Counted from the stretch's first letter, positions 39,652 through 49,357 are shown. The stretch: 64,000 bases of DNA from Candidatus Zhuqueibacterota bacterium (GCA_049322915.1 JBMOPW010000016.1:103971-167970); one strand, 5' to 3'. Program-made: numbers and translations. The notes: generated by a model from the sequence alone, not told the origin.

Positions 39652-40485
39652 CTACTTCGGTTCGGTCGGTCGGAGATTCTGTTCTTCCAAAAGCTGATCC
39701 AGATGGTCGATGAGAGCGTCCAGGGCCGGGAGTATTTTCGAGTCCGTCGAATTGAGCCGGGCGATGATGTTATTCACATCCAACTCAAAATTGACGGGCT
39801 TGAGGTGACATTCGTCGGCGATAATTTTCACCAATCTCTTTTCACCGGGATGAAGCATCGAATTCACGGCGAAAAGGATGTCGAAGTAGCTCTGGAAAAA
39901 AGCAGCCGATCGGTGATTCACGCTGATGAGATCGATGCGACGAATGGCCTTTTCAATCTGGTGGTAATAGGAGCACATGCTGTCCCGCAGCAGTGGGTAA
40001 TTTTTCCGGATGATATTCCGCTTCAATGCCTGAGGATAGGGGATGCTGACTTTTTTCTGCAACGCTGCCAGTGCGCCGTTTCTATCGAACAATATTCGGG
40101 AATTCAGCACATTGAACCAGATGCAGGTTGTGTAACCGAGGCTTGCCTGATGCTGAAAAACGACGCGTTCCATTTCACCGCGAATCCAGTTCAAATTGCG
40201 ATACATGATATCAACAGCCGTATTCGTATCCCGCAGGTAGCCTTCGTCGCCGGTCTCCCAGTACTGGTTGTTGTATTCCATGTGATCGGAAAAATTGCGG
40301 AGTAGTGATTTTCTCTTCTCCAGCGGCAACATGGTTTCGCCGTAGATGTACAAATCAATATCAGAATTTTTATCGGCGAACTGTATCGCGCGTGAGCCGG
40401 CGAGCAGCACGGCCCCGACTTCTTCGTGCGCTGCGAATTGCGAAGTCAGTTGCAATAAGATTTCATCGACTGCGGCCATCGACAT
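39652..40485 (-). CDS. Nucleotidyltransferase-fold protein (DUF4037-like)
   Basis: LAGSRA...D..SDIDLYIY pol-beta motif; HPGEKRL. Confidence 0.8.
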   Translation of the reverse strand: MSMAAVDEILLQLTSQFAAHEEVGAVLLAGSRAIQFADKNSDIDLYIYGETMLPLEKRKSLLRNFSDHMEYNNQYWETGDEGYLRDTNTAVDIMYRNLNWIRGEMERVVFQHQASLGYTTCIWFNVLNSRILFDRNGALAALQKKVSIPYPQALKRNIIRKNYPLLRDSMCSYYHQIEKAIRRIDLISVNHRSAAFFQSYFDILFAVNSMLHPGEKRLVKIIADECHLKPVNFELDVNNIIARLNSTDSKILPALDALIDHLDQLLEEQNLRPTEPK

Positions 40486-40501
40486 TCTCCTTTTTTCTTA
40501 G

Positions 40502-40662
40502 CCTGCATTATTCATAGTAGTTTTAAAGGAGGCCGGCTAACCTGAATGGTGCTCTTTTTAGAATAAACGTATAAAAACTGAGTTTCAAAATAGCTTAGCC
40601 TTTAGCTAGTTGAAAATCTGAATGTTGACTCAAATTCTGAGCAAGTTCATGAATAATTCAGG
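40502..40662. mobile_element. MITE-B, 161 bp, IR CCTG(A/C)ATTATTCAT, TTAG TSD
   Basis: TTAG at 40498-40501 and 40663-66; reverse-complement homolog of 31503-31663. Confidence 0.85.
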
Positions 40663-40674
40663 TTAGCTGAATAA

Positions 40675-40902
40675 TTACTCGCCTGACAGGTCATCACAGA
40701 TGGTTTCAATTTCATCGCGATAGCTTTCCGGCGCCTCTAAATGGCCCCAGCCTTTCTGCAGTTGAAACAGCCCATCGTAGGCCAAATCGTGATAGGATTT
40801 TATCACGTGAGGGATGTTTCGTTCTTTCAGAATCGCTTCCAGAAGGCGGGCCTCGACCTCATTGTCAAAATAGATGATTATTTCAAATCGTTCGTTTTCC
40901 AT
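40675..40902 (-). CDS. Small DUF2007-like protein
   Basis: NEVEARLLEAILKERNIPH...YDGLFQ..KGWG; AAGGA RBS. Confidence 0.75.
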   Translation of the reverse strand: MENERFEIIIYFDNEVEARLLEAILKERNIPHVIKSYHDLAYDGLFQLQKGWGHLEAPESYRDEIETICDDLSGE

Positions 40903-40966
40903 GGCATTGTCCTTTTCCTTTTCATAGTGAAAATGTTTTCATTACATGGGGCTCTTACCTGAATTC

Positions 40967-41373
40967 GAATCTGTCCGTAAGCTGCTATTATTGACCTCAC
41001 CCCAACCCTCTCCGAAAAGACTTACCCTTACCCATATCTTTTCTAGCGCAGAGGTCGCAGAGACCGCAGAGGTACGCAGCGTTTTGGTATTGAAAAAACG
41101 CTGTTTGCAAACTTATGAACCCAGGTATTTCCCTGGTCATTTGGGTCTTCTGTGACTATGGGTGAACATGATTTTCATTGTTTGATTGAAAACTTTACAA
41201 TCATTCAGGCCAATTCAAATCTGGTCTTTTCTCTGCGCCCTTCGCGACCTCTGCGTTTCATTTGATTTGTTAACCTTACTACGTCACATAGATTTTTTAT
41301 CGTTGTATATTGTATTTTTGATAGATGAAAAACTCAACATATTGTGATAAATTTACTAAATGACGTTGCAGGA
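40967..41373. mobile_element. Truncated composite: D-left + C-left + complete MITE-A (41274-41373)
   Basis: Colinear with 31110-31681 but without B; the right parts of C and D are absent. Confidence 0.8.
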
Positions 41374-42504
41374 TTAATAGCCGGAGACCTTTTTAAGATA
41401 CGAGGAGTCCCCGGTCTCGAGAATCTCGATGATGATGGACTCCGTGGTTTTCCCGACGCCTTTGACGTGCTGGAGATTGCCCCGCAGCGAGGCAATCGGC
41501 TGCTTCAATTGGGACAGGGAATAGGCGGCAAAGCCGAACGGCGAAGTTCGGTTCTGAATTTTGCAATAGTAATCGATGTGTTCCAGCAGCACAACCACCA
41601 GATCGTTTTCGCTGAGCATGTCTTTGAACAGCGCCGCCGGCATGCGGACAGGGATGTTGCTATTTCGCGCCAGATTGAAAAAAGTCTGGTGAATGGAATT
41701 GTAATACTCAGGCCGGGCCTGGCCCCACGGATCACCGCCGGGATAGATATGCGCGTATTCAGCCTCGACCTGCGGGAAATGGCGACGGATCGTCTCGAGA
41801 AAAAACTGTTTCTGACGGCCATCTTTGAGGGTCATGCCGCTGAAAAGCACGTAATCGACTCCCACCTGTTTCGCTCGCTCCAGTACCTGTGACATGTGTT
41901 CCGGCGTATCGGTGATGAACGGGATCACCGGCATCAGAAACAGACCGCAGGGGATGCCGGCTTGCTTGATGCGCTCAATAGTCTCGAGACGCCGCTGCGG
42001 CGAAGGTACCCCTGGCTCGAATATCCCGCTGATCTTTTCATCGAGACTGGAGAAACTGAAATTGACGATCGCCCGGCTCTGCCGGTTTATTTTTTGAAGA
42101 ATGTCCAGATCCCGCTCAATCAGCGTCGACTTGGTCAGGATATGCGCAGGCAGATGGAATTCGAAAAGAAGCTCCAATGCCTGGCGCGTGAGTTTGTACC
42201 TGGCCTCGATGGGCTGATAGCTATCGCCCACACCGCCGCCAACCATCATATAGCATTTCTTCAGCGGGATCCGTTTGCGGGACGGGTCCAGTTCTCGCCG
42301 CAGCAGGCTCATGGCGTTGACTTTGACGGCCACGTCCTCGCCGAATTCGCCATCGACACTGTACTTCTCAGCGCGGCCATCGCAGTAGACGCAGTTGTGC
42401 GCACAGCCGCGGTAGAAATTCATGCCATAGCAGGAGAGAAACCACGAATCGATTTTTTTATGTTTTCGGAGAATCGATTTTGCTTCAATTTCATGAATAG
42501 TCAC
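41374..42504 (-). CDS. SplB-like radical SAM protein with C-terminal HhH domain
   Basis: YRGCAHNCVYC, DSYQPIE, ILTKS; C-terminal LQHVKGVGKTTESIIIEILETG. Confidence 0.85.
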   Translation of the reverse strand: MTIHEIEAKSILRKHKKIDSWFLSCYGMNFYRGCAHNCVYCDGRAEKYSVDGEFGEDVAVKVNAMSLLRRELDPSRKRIPLKKCYMMVGGGVGDSYQPIEARYKLTRQALELLFEFHLPAHILTKSTLIERDLDILQKINRQSRAIVNFSFSSLDEKISGIFEPGVPSPQRRLETIERIKQAGIPCGLFLMPVIPFITDTPEHMSQVLERAKQVGVDYVLFSGMTLKDGRQKQFFLETIRRHFPQVEAEYAHIYPGGDPWGQARPEYYNSIHQTFFNLARNSNIPVRMPAALFKDMLSENDLVVVLLEHIDYYCKIQNRTSPFGFAAYSLSQLKQPIASLRGNLQHVKGVGKTTESIIIEILETGDSSYLKKVSGY

Positions 42505-43312
42505 GGCGTCGGTGTACCCTCTTTTTATAGGTGTATTCGTCGACGTTCAGAATGTCCATCACGCGGATGGGTTCGGTTTTCACAAGATTGCGGCATGCGC
42601 GATAGGCGATCCAGTATGAATTTTTATCACCGCTCCCCACCAGTTCCCGGACGATATCGAAGACCGCTTGCGGCAGTCGCCGGGCTAAGTCGCTGAGGTT
42701 ATTGCCCACAGCCGTGCGGGGATACGGCGATGTTTCGCGGAACATCGTTCGCAGGATGCTGAGTGGATATTCCGGCTGCTTATAAAACCACTGGTTCTCC
42801 TGCACCGGCCGCAGTGATTCAGCCACGAATCGCCGCAGATGAGGGTCCTCTGAATCAGCCAGCCCGGTCAGAAAGTGGTGCATCTCGTCCGGGTATTTTT
42901 TGATCAGTTTCCGAAAAAACATCTGGGCGAATTCGCGCACGTCCCAGCTTTCAGAAGAGGCCGCAGATTCGAAGTAGGGCAGCACCGGGCGATAATCTTC
43001 TATGCCGCAGAATGAAATCAACCCCAGTGCAACACCGGCGTTCCAAAAATCAGCGCTCTGCCGGAACAGCGTCGTTGCGATGGGCAATATCGGCGCGTCA
43101 CTTTCAGCCAGTCGCCTGTAAAGAACATGGCTCATTGTTTTGATAGTATGAACCCGGCCGTAGGAAATGCGCTTGTTGTCCGGAATGGATTCGTAAAGCT
43201 GAATCAGCGTGGCCCTGATCGTCTCGTTCGCTGCCTGGAACTGGCCGGCGAGCAGCGGTTGAACGATGTCGGCTGCAATGGCAGTTTCAATTGCCGGGGT
43301 CAGCAGATTCAC
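42491..43312 (-). CDS. HEAT-repeat DNA alkylation repair (AlkD/AlkC-like) protein
   Basis: WDVREFAQ, LRRFVAESLRP, YPRTAVGNNLSDL; GTG start after GAAGGAA. Confidence 0.7.
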   Translation of the reverse strand: MNLLTPAIETAIAADIVQPLLAGQFQAANETIRATLIQLYESIPDNKRISYGRVHTIKTMSHVLYRRLAESDAPILPIATTLFRQSADFWNAGVALGLISFCGIEDYRPVLPYFESAASSESWDVREFAQMFFRKLIKKYPDEMHHFLTGLADSEDPHLRRFVAESLRPVQENQWFYKQPEYPLSILRTMFRETSPYPRTAVGNNLSDLARRLPQAVFDIVRELVGSGDKNSYWIAYRACRNLVKTEPIRVMDILNVDEYTYKKRVHRRRDYS

Positions 43313-43445
43313 GGGGTGTTCCTTCTGCAAAGTAAAAATCCAACTCGTGGCCTGCGGTCAACGGAATCCGGCTTCACATTGAACTGGAATTCCAGTTCAG
43401 ACAGAAAGCGACAGACGCAATGAGACGCGGGAGCCACGGATAATG

Positions 43446-43593
43446 GTAGCCGTTCACCGGTTCCGGGTTCAGCGTTCCCTGTTGGGGTTTTGGATATGGT
43501 TGCGCGAAACATTTTTTATGCTCAAATAGTCCGTCATCAACTGAAGGTTATCGTTTACCTTGAACCCTGAACGATGAGCCTGTGAACGGTTAC
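43446..43593. repeat. ~148-bp element bounded by imperfect 18-bp inverted repeats
   Basis: GTAGCCGTTCACCGGTTC ... GAGCCTGTGAACGGTTAC, with an inner GGGTTCA/TGAACCC pair. Confidence 0.6.
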
Positions 43594-44085
43594 GATGAAT
43601 GGATTAAATGGCATTGGAAATATAGAAAATTATTTGGAAGAATTCAACAGATAAAATTGAACAAAGTAAACTTCCAAACAAGACATAGAACACGGATGAC
43701 GCGGATGTACACGGATTTGAATTTATTTCAAATTTAAACAAAGAGAGTATCAGATGATTCAATATAAGACTTCCTCACCATTTAAAGAGGCTCTCTATTT
43801 GATTCTGAAATCATTTTTCCGCAATAAAATCGTGAACAAAATTACGGTTTCCAGTTGGTAAAAATTCAGAAGTGGGCTGAATCCGAATCACCGGGTGCGC
43901 GGCTGAGTATGCTGCGGTGAAGAACTTTTTCGATGAGACCGTCGTTTCATTATTGCCCGTGACAGGCGCACGGTGAGCCATCCGAAACCAGGAAGCAGTT
44001 GGCAAATCACTGATGAATCGGGATTCCCGGCTGATTGCTCAATCGCCTGGCATGGTGTTTGGCTGAAGAATAACCCTGGAACCCA

Positions 44086-44874
44086 ATGATGAAAAAAGTC
44101 ATCTCCGCGAGCAGGCGAATTGATATGGTGGCATTCCAGCCTGACCAGTTTGTGAGTGTCCTAAATGAAAAATGCCCGCCCGATACCGTGCACACGCTGG
44201 TCATCTGGACGAAAAATCCTGAGAATTTATTCAGCTACAAACCATTAACTGAAAAAGTCCGGCAATACGATCAGTTATTTTTCCATTTCACCGTGACCGG
44301 CATGGGCGGCTCGTCGCTGGAGCCGCGCGTACCAGCGCCTGCCCGGATGATGCACCATTTGGAAAAGCTGGTGCAACTGGCCGGCCATCCGCGTCGAATC
44401 CGTTTTCGGTTCGATCCCATCGTTCATCTGATCATGCCCAACGGCAAGCGCTACACCAATCTGAACTGGTTCGAAAAATTCGCGCCGCGCATCCACGAGA
44501 CTGGCGTTCGCTATATTTCCATTAGCTGGATGTCCGTTTACAAAAAAGTAGCCTCGCGACTTCGGCGCGCCGGCATTCAGCCGGAAACAGTGTCGCCGTC
44601 GATGTGGCAGCACGATTACGACACGGTGATGAACATCAGAGAAAAGTACGGCTTCACCATCCACGGCTGCAGCGTGCCCAATATGCCGCGCTCCCGCTGC
44701 ATCGATGGATTTCTGCTGAGCGAACTGCACCCAAACCGGGAACCATGCTCCACGCGAAACGCCAAAGGTCAGCGCACGGATTGCGGCTGCACCGAAAGCC
44801 GGGACATCGGCTGGTATTACCAGTGCCGGCACGGCTGTCTGTATTGCTACGCGAACCCGGCCAGTATCGAGTGA
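44086..44874 (+). CDS. DUF1848-family protein
   Basis: VISASRR.D, WTKNP, RFDPI, GQR..CGC..SRDIG.Y..C.HGCLYCYAN. Confidence 0.88.
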   Translation: MMKKVISASRRIDMVAFQPDQFVSVLNEKCPPDTVHTLVIWTKNPENLFSYKPLTEKVRQYDQLFFHFTVTGMGGSSLEPRVPAPARMMHHLEKLVQLAGHPRRIRFRFDPIVHLIMPNGKRYTNLNWFEKFAPRIHETGVRYISISWMSVYKKVASRLRRAGIQPETVSPSMWQHDYDTVMNIREKYGFTIHGCSVPNMPRSRCIDGFLLSELHPNREPCSTRNAKGQRTDCGCTESRDIGWYYQCRHGCLYCYANPASIE

Positions 44875-45034
44875 TAGTTCGTCCGGGCATCGCGGATTTG
44901 GTGCCGGTTGTATTTCTTCCGTGCGCGGGGATTCGCGCTGCGGCCGATTGGCGACATCGCACGGCGTTTTGTTGGAGCAGCGCTCAGTCGTCCCTGTTCC
45001 TCGGCGGGAATGCCTGATGGGACAAAATTTTTTA

Positions 45035-45063
45035 TTGACTTTGATAAGTGATTTGTTTATATT
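45035..45063 (+). promoter_or_regulatory. tRNA promoter TTGACT-N17-TATATT
   Basis: Motif ends 16 nt before the tRNA. Confidence 0.7.
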
Positions 45064-45079
45064 CAGGCACAAAAAAATA

Positions 45080-45153
45080 GGGCGATTAGCTCAGTTGGTT
45101 AGAGTGCCGGTCTCACATACCGGAGGTCACTGGTTCAATTCCAGTATCGCCCA
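45080..45153 (+). tRNA. tRNA-Val(CAC), CCA not encoded
   Basis: Acceptor GGGCGAT/ATCGCCC, D-arm AGCTCAGTTGGTTAGAG, anticodon arm CCGGT-CTCACAT-ACCGG, T-loop GGTTCAATTCC; followed by CAA. Confidence 0.95.
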
Positions 45154-45159
45154 CAACCG

Positions 45160-45197
45160 AAAGCCTCTCGAATTAAAACGGGAGGCTTTTTTATTTT
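45160..45197 (+). terminator. Intrinsic terminator after tRNA
   Basis: AAAGCCTCTCG...CGGGAGGCTTT followed by a T-run. Confidence 0.8.
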
Positions 45198-45452
45198 GGG
45201 GACTTGGTTAGTATCCGACAAGTGTTTCTTTGACCTTTTTGGGCAGTATAAAAAACGCGGATGATCCACCAAACTGAAGCCGACCGCGCTGCACAAATGA
45301 TACCGATCGACAGTGAAATGAATCCGCTGAGATCAGCGTCATCCGTGCGGAACGTCCGCCATCTTTCAGGAGGGACATCCGCGTTCTATTCTTTTATGCT
45401 GATTCGTTCGGGCAAGTGATTTTATGGTGGAAAATGTAAGCCATACAGGATT

Positions 45453-46433
45453 TCATTGGCCATGCCGATTCGAACAAGAATCCGGCGCGGATGAATTCGC
45501 CTCAGCGGTCGATTCGCGAAATGGATTTTCCCGGGTGAAGTCCGGCAGATAGTGATCCTGACTCTCAAATTCCTGGATGAACGCATTTTCCAATCCGAGA
45601 TCGATCGCGTAGTCCACGATGGAATCGTACTCCTCCGGCGTCAGCGTTCGGTTGATATCAGGATAGTTGTGGGCGTTGTATTGCGGTGAATACTGGGACA
45701 TGATGCTGAGTTGAATGTCGGGCGAAATTGCGGCCAGCGTTTCGAGACAACGCCGGCTGTTTTCCAATTGGCCGGGCAAAATCAGATGCCGAACCAACAG
45801 ACCCTGCGTGGCAATCCCGTCCTCGTCGAGCATCAGGTGGCCGACCTGCGCCAGCATTTCTTCCAGCACGAAAGGGATGACCTGGCTGTAACTGTCCGCG
45901 CCGGAAAAACGCGCCGCGGCGTCATCGTCCATGTATTTGATATCCGGCAGAAAGATGTCCACCAATCCGCGGATTTGGCCGAGCGCATCGACGGAATCAT
46001 ATCCGTTGGAGTTATACACCACTGGAATCGCGAGGCCTTTCTTTCTGGCGGCGGCAATAGCGTCGGCCATGGGAAAGATCATGTGGGAGGGCGAGACAAA
46101 ATTGATATTGTGAGCGCCCTCAGATTGGAGCTGCAACATGACGGCGACCAGCGCATCGACCGACAACTCGCGGGGCTGGCTGTGTTGAAATTCCTGGCTG
46201 ATCTGGTAATTCTGGCAAAACACACAGCGCAGATTGCACCCGGCAAAGAAGATCGTACCTGACCCATTCGTGCCGGAGATGGGAGGCTCCTCGCCAAAAT
46301 GCAGCCCGGCATGAGAGACCAGAATGCCGGCGCCGATCCGGCAAAATCCCAATTCTCCGTCAATCCGATTCACCCGGCACAGCCGCGGACAGCTTTCACA
46401 ACGCTGCAATTGCTTTGTCAATGATCCGATCAT
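45453..46433 (-). CDS. Radical SAM protein, PflX-like
   Basis: C..CPRLC.VNR, HFGEEPPISG..GSGTIFF.GCNLRCVFCQN, LLVRHLILPG. Confidence 0.9.
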   Translation of the reverse strand: MIGSLTKQLQRCESCPRLCRVNRIDGELGFCRIGAGILVSHAGLHFGEEPPISGTNGSGTIFFAGCNLRCVFCQNYQISQEFQHSQPRELSVDALVAVMLQLQSEGAHNINFVSPSHMIFPMADAIAAARKKGLAIPVVYNSNGYDSVDALGQIRGLVDIFLPDIKYMDDDAAARFSGADSYSQVIPFVLEEMLAQVGHLMLDEDGIATQGLLVRHLILPGQLENSRRCLETLAAISPDIQLSIMSQYSPQYNAHNYPDINRTLTPEEYDSIVDYAIDLGLENAFIQEFESQDHYLPDFTRENPFRESTAEANSSAPDSCSNRHGQ

Positions 46434-46561
46434 ATCGCCAAGTCACGCATTTCATTCAATCTCTTATGTTGATTTTACGTTACCCGTCCCTCGCTGGCAG
46501 ATGCCTGAACCCAACCATGATGGGATCCCCTCTCCGGCCTATCGATGCGATGAAACAGAAC

Positions 46562-47569
46562 TCAACGACGCCCGATAGCCCAGTCGATTAAATGCAGGGC
46601 TGCCGGCCAATTCTCCTCAAAGGTCGGTTGAATTTCATCCTCCGGCAGTTCGAAACCGGGACTGCTGCTCGCCGGCCTCAGTTCGATTGTGAACGAGGGT
46701 GTGGAAAGCAGCGCGTACAGCCAGTCAGTCGTGTCGCCGCTGGAAAGGTACAGCGTGGATGCCTGACCCGGGCTGTAATATTTTCCATGCACCGCACGGA
46801 TTTTATCCGACAGCGCCACTGCCAGACCGTTCATCAGCGCCTTATCCGGGGCTGGCGAATTGGTGTAGCCCCACGGATAAAGAATGAGCTGACTGTAGCT
46901 GTGATAGCTGATGAGCGCGGTCGGTTTCTGCGCTTCTAAAAAATTCCGCACCGCCTGAGTCTCCGGCTCGGAAAACGGAGATGGCCCGCGATAGATATCG
47001 GAATAGGTATCCCCGGACGAACCCGGGCCGCCCCATTGATAGCTGTAATTTCGATTCAGATCGACGCCATAGGTGCCATCGCCGTTGTTGCGCCGATTCT
47101 TTCGCCACAGCCGGTCTGTAATGACGGAATGCTGATGCCCATCCGGATTGACCATGGGCACGATCCATATTTCCGAATTGGCGACCAACTGCGCCAGGGC
47201 AGCATCGGTGGCCTGCTGCTCAAGCAATTTTTTGGCGATCAAAAAAGGGATGTCCACGGAAATCCATTCCCGGGCATGGTGAGCGCCGAGTAAAATCACA
47301 ACAGGTTCGTCTTCATCCTGCTGCGCGTGATCACTTATTTTTATCGCCCAGAGTTGCCGATTTTCCAGAGATGGACCAAGCGAGGTTACCATAGCGTAAT
47401 CCGGATACTGGCCGGCCAGGGCGTGAAGGTCAGTATCGATTTCGGCGTACGTGTGGTACAATCCTGCGGTCGGATCCTGCGGCGTACCATTGTCGCAGAT
47501 GCTGCCCGATATCACCATTAAGCCGCCTGTCAGCAGAAGCAGGCGCAATGTCCATGTGAAAGTCTTCAT
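46562..47569 (-). CDS. M14 zinc carboxypeptidase (carboxypeptidase T-like), lacking propeptide
   Basis: HHAREW, WRKNR, GVDLNRN, SYHSY, GDTTDW, FTIELRP; signal peptide directly before YHTYAEI. Confidence 0.92.
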   Translation of the reverse strand: MKTFTWTLRLLLLTGGLMVISGSICDNGTPQDPTAGLYHTYAEIDTDLHALAGQYPDYAMVTSLGPSLENRQLWAIKISDHAQQDEDEPVVILLGAHHAREWISVDIPFLIAKKLLEQQATDAALAQLVANSEIWIVPMVNPDGHQHSVITDRLWRKNRRNNGDGTYGVDLNRNYSYQWGGPGSSGDTYSDIYRGPSPFSEPETQAVRNFLEAQKPTALISYHSYSQLILYPWGYTNSPAPDKALMNGLAVALSDKIRAVHGKYYSPGQASTLYLSSGDTTDWLYALLSTPSFTIELRPASSSPGFELPEDEIQPTFEENWPAALHLIDWAIGRR

Positions 47570-48015
47570 GGCTGTTTTTCCTCCATCGGCTGCGCATTCG
47601 TTTCGATGATTGTGACGGTGAATCCTTCAGCCTTGAGGCGCTCGATATAAATATCAAAGGCGCGAGCGATCACTGTATCGCCTTTCACCTGCCAGAAGTC
47701 AATCCCGGTATTGATGATTTTTTGCACATCGCCGGAGTCCCGGGCAATGACGTAAATCAGCCGCTGCACCAGGTCTGATTCGGCTATCGGTGAAGACGGC
47801 AGAGAAAGCGCGCTGATCATACTGTCCGTTCGAATCACGACATAGTCCGGCTCCTGCACGATGATTTTCGCGCCGGCTTTCCGGAGTTGGTCGACTTGGT
47901 CCGGGTCGGAATAAGCCACTCTCCTCAATTCCGTTGTCTGCGCTTGTTGCGGTGGTTTCGAATTGCAGGTCGCCAGAAAAATCGCTGCCACAAGTATGAA
48001 GTAAAATTTAGCCAT
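47566..48015 (-). CDS. Lipoprotein resembling an M14 propeptide/activation domain
   Basis: LATC lipobox, two internal repeats, ATGA overlap with the M14 gene; the functional call is inference. Confidence 0.7.
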   Translation of the reverse strand: MAKFYFILVAAIFLATCNSKPPQQAQTTELRRVAYSDPDQVDQLRKAGAKIIVQEPDYVVIRTDSMISALSLPSSPIAESDLVQRLIYVIARDSGDVQKIINTGIDFWQVKGDTVIARAFDIYIERLKAEGFTVTIIETNAQPMEEKQP

Positions 48016-48205
48016 CGTTGACTCCTTCTGTTTTGAGATTCATCCTGAAGGGTTATAACTGAGAAATCGGTTGTGGCGGAATGACTCCGCCGATAGTCAA
48101 TGAAAATTATACTGCCCCGCTGCTCATTATCCCGCGGTTCGGTCCCGGGTTCCTCTGTCGCTGTGAAAAAATTTCTGGGGTAACGCCGGACTTCTCCACC
48201 GGGAT

Positions 48206-49357
48206 TTATTGGAACGTAAGTCGCACATTCACGATTTCAGGAGAATTGCCAATGCGCACCGGCGGACCCCAGGTGCCGACGCCGCATGAAACGTAATAAT
48301 GGGTGTTCCCTTTTTTCAAATAGCCCATGCTGACTTCGTAGACAGCGCCGGTGATATAATTCAACGGCCATAATTGCCCGTGATGCGTATGCCCGGAAAT
48401 TTGGAGATCGACGCCATTGGCTTCGGCCTCGCTGAGCTGAAACGGTTGATGATCCATCAAAATGATCGGCAGATTTTTATCGACAGGAGCCAATAGCTCT
48501 GTCAGTGGCTTGCGGCCCTTGCCGGAAAAATGGTGAGCAGACCGATCCTCCCGACCGACGATGTAGACGCTGTTGGCGATGAGCGCGGCACTGTCCCGCA
48601 GCATCACGACCCGGTGTTTTCCCAGGTAATCGCTGGCAGCATCCACGCCGCCAATATACTCGTGGTTGCCGGTGATGGCGTAAACACCGTAACGCGACTG
48701 TATTTTCGTCAGCGCTTCTCCGAGGTTCTGTTTGACAACCGGCCCCAGATCTTCATCCACGATATCCCCTGAAAAGAGGACGATATCCGGTTGGAGCGAA
48801 TTGATAATGTTCACAATGGTGCAAAAGCGTTTCCGTCCGATGATGGTGCCCAAATGAATATCGGACGCAGCGACAATATTCAGCCCCTTGAAATTCGCCT
48901 GTTTGGGAATGACCAATTCGATGGTTTTAATTCGAGGGTGCAGGGCGTTGAGCAGTCCCAGAACGAGCAGCGCCAGCACCCCGGTGACAGAGGCAATCAG
49001 GGTGATTTGCTTTGCCCTGGCCATGTTTTTAATGAGCGATGGAAGAAATGGCAGCCAGAAATTGATGAGACGGACGAGGTCGACAAGGACGATGATGAAT
49101 AAAAAGTAGAGCATGGCCGCCAGCCAGAAAGAACCGATCCATACAAAAATATCACTGACAATACACAGGCAGACGCGTTCCATGAAGCGTCCGGCGATGA
49201 ACGAAAGAGCCAGGACGAGGAACACGATGAGGTAGGGTGTCCGCCATCTGGACTCTGCCGGCAAACACTGCCAGCCCCGGATGAAAATGTAGTAATTAAT
49301 CAGTCCGTAGATCAGGAAGAAGATGGTGAAAAAGATAATGAAGCTGATGGTTCTCAT
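48206..49357 (-). CDS. Membrane-bound metallophosphoesterase (YkuE-like)
   Basis: Four TM helices, SDIHLG, GDIVD, GNHE, HQP, SGHTH.GQ. Confidence 0.9.
   Translation of the reverse strand: MRTISFIIFFTIFFLIYGLINYYIFIRGWQCLPAESRWRTPYLIVFLVLALSFIAGRFMERVCLCIVSDIFVWIGSFWLAAMLYFLFIIVLVDLVRLINFWLPFLPSLIKNMARAKQITLIASVTGVLALLVLGLLNALHPRIKTIELVIPKQANFKGLNIVAASDIHLGTIIGRKRFCTIVNIINSLQPDIVLFSGDIVDEDLGPVVKQNLGEALTKIQSRYGVYAITGNHEYIGGVDAASDYLGKHRVVMLRDSAALIANSVYIVGREDRSAHHFSGKGRKPLTELLAPVDKNLPIILMDHQPFQLSEAEANGVDLQISGHTHHGQLWPLNYITGAVYEVSMGYLKKGNTHYYVSCGVGTWGPPVRIGNSPEIVNVRLTFQ

Noticed and set aside
45080..45400. Integrated island or prophage at tRNA-Val
   Set aside because: No integrase and no duplicated tRNA 3' end seen.
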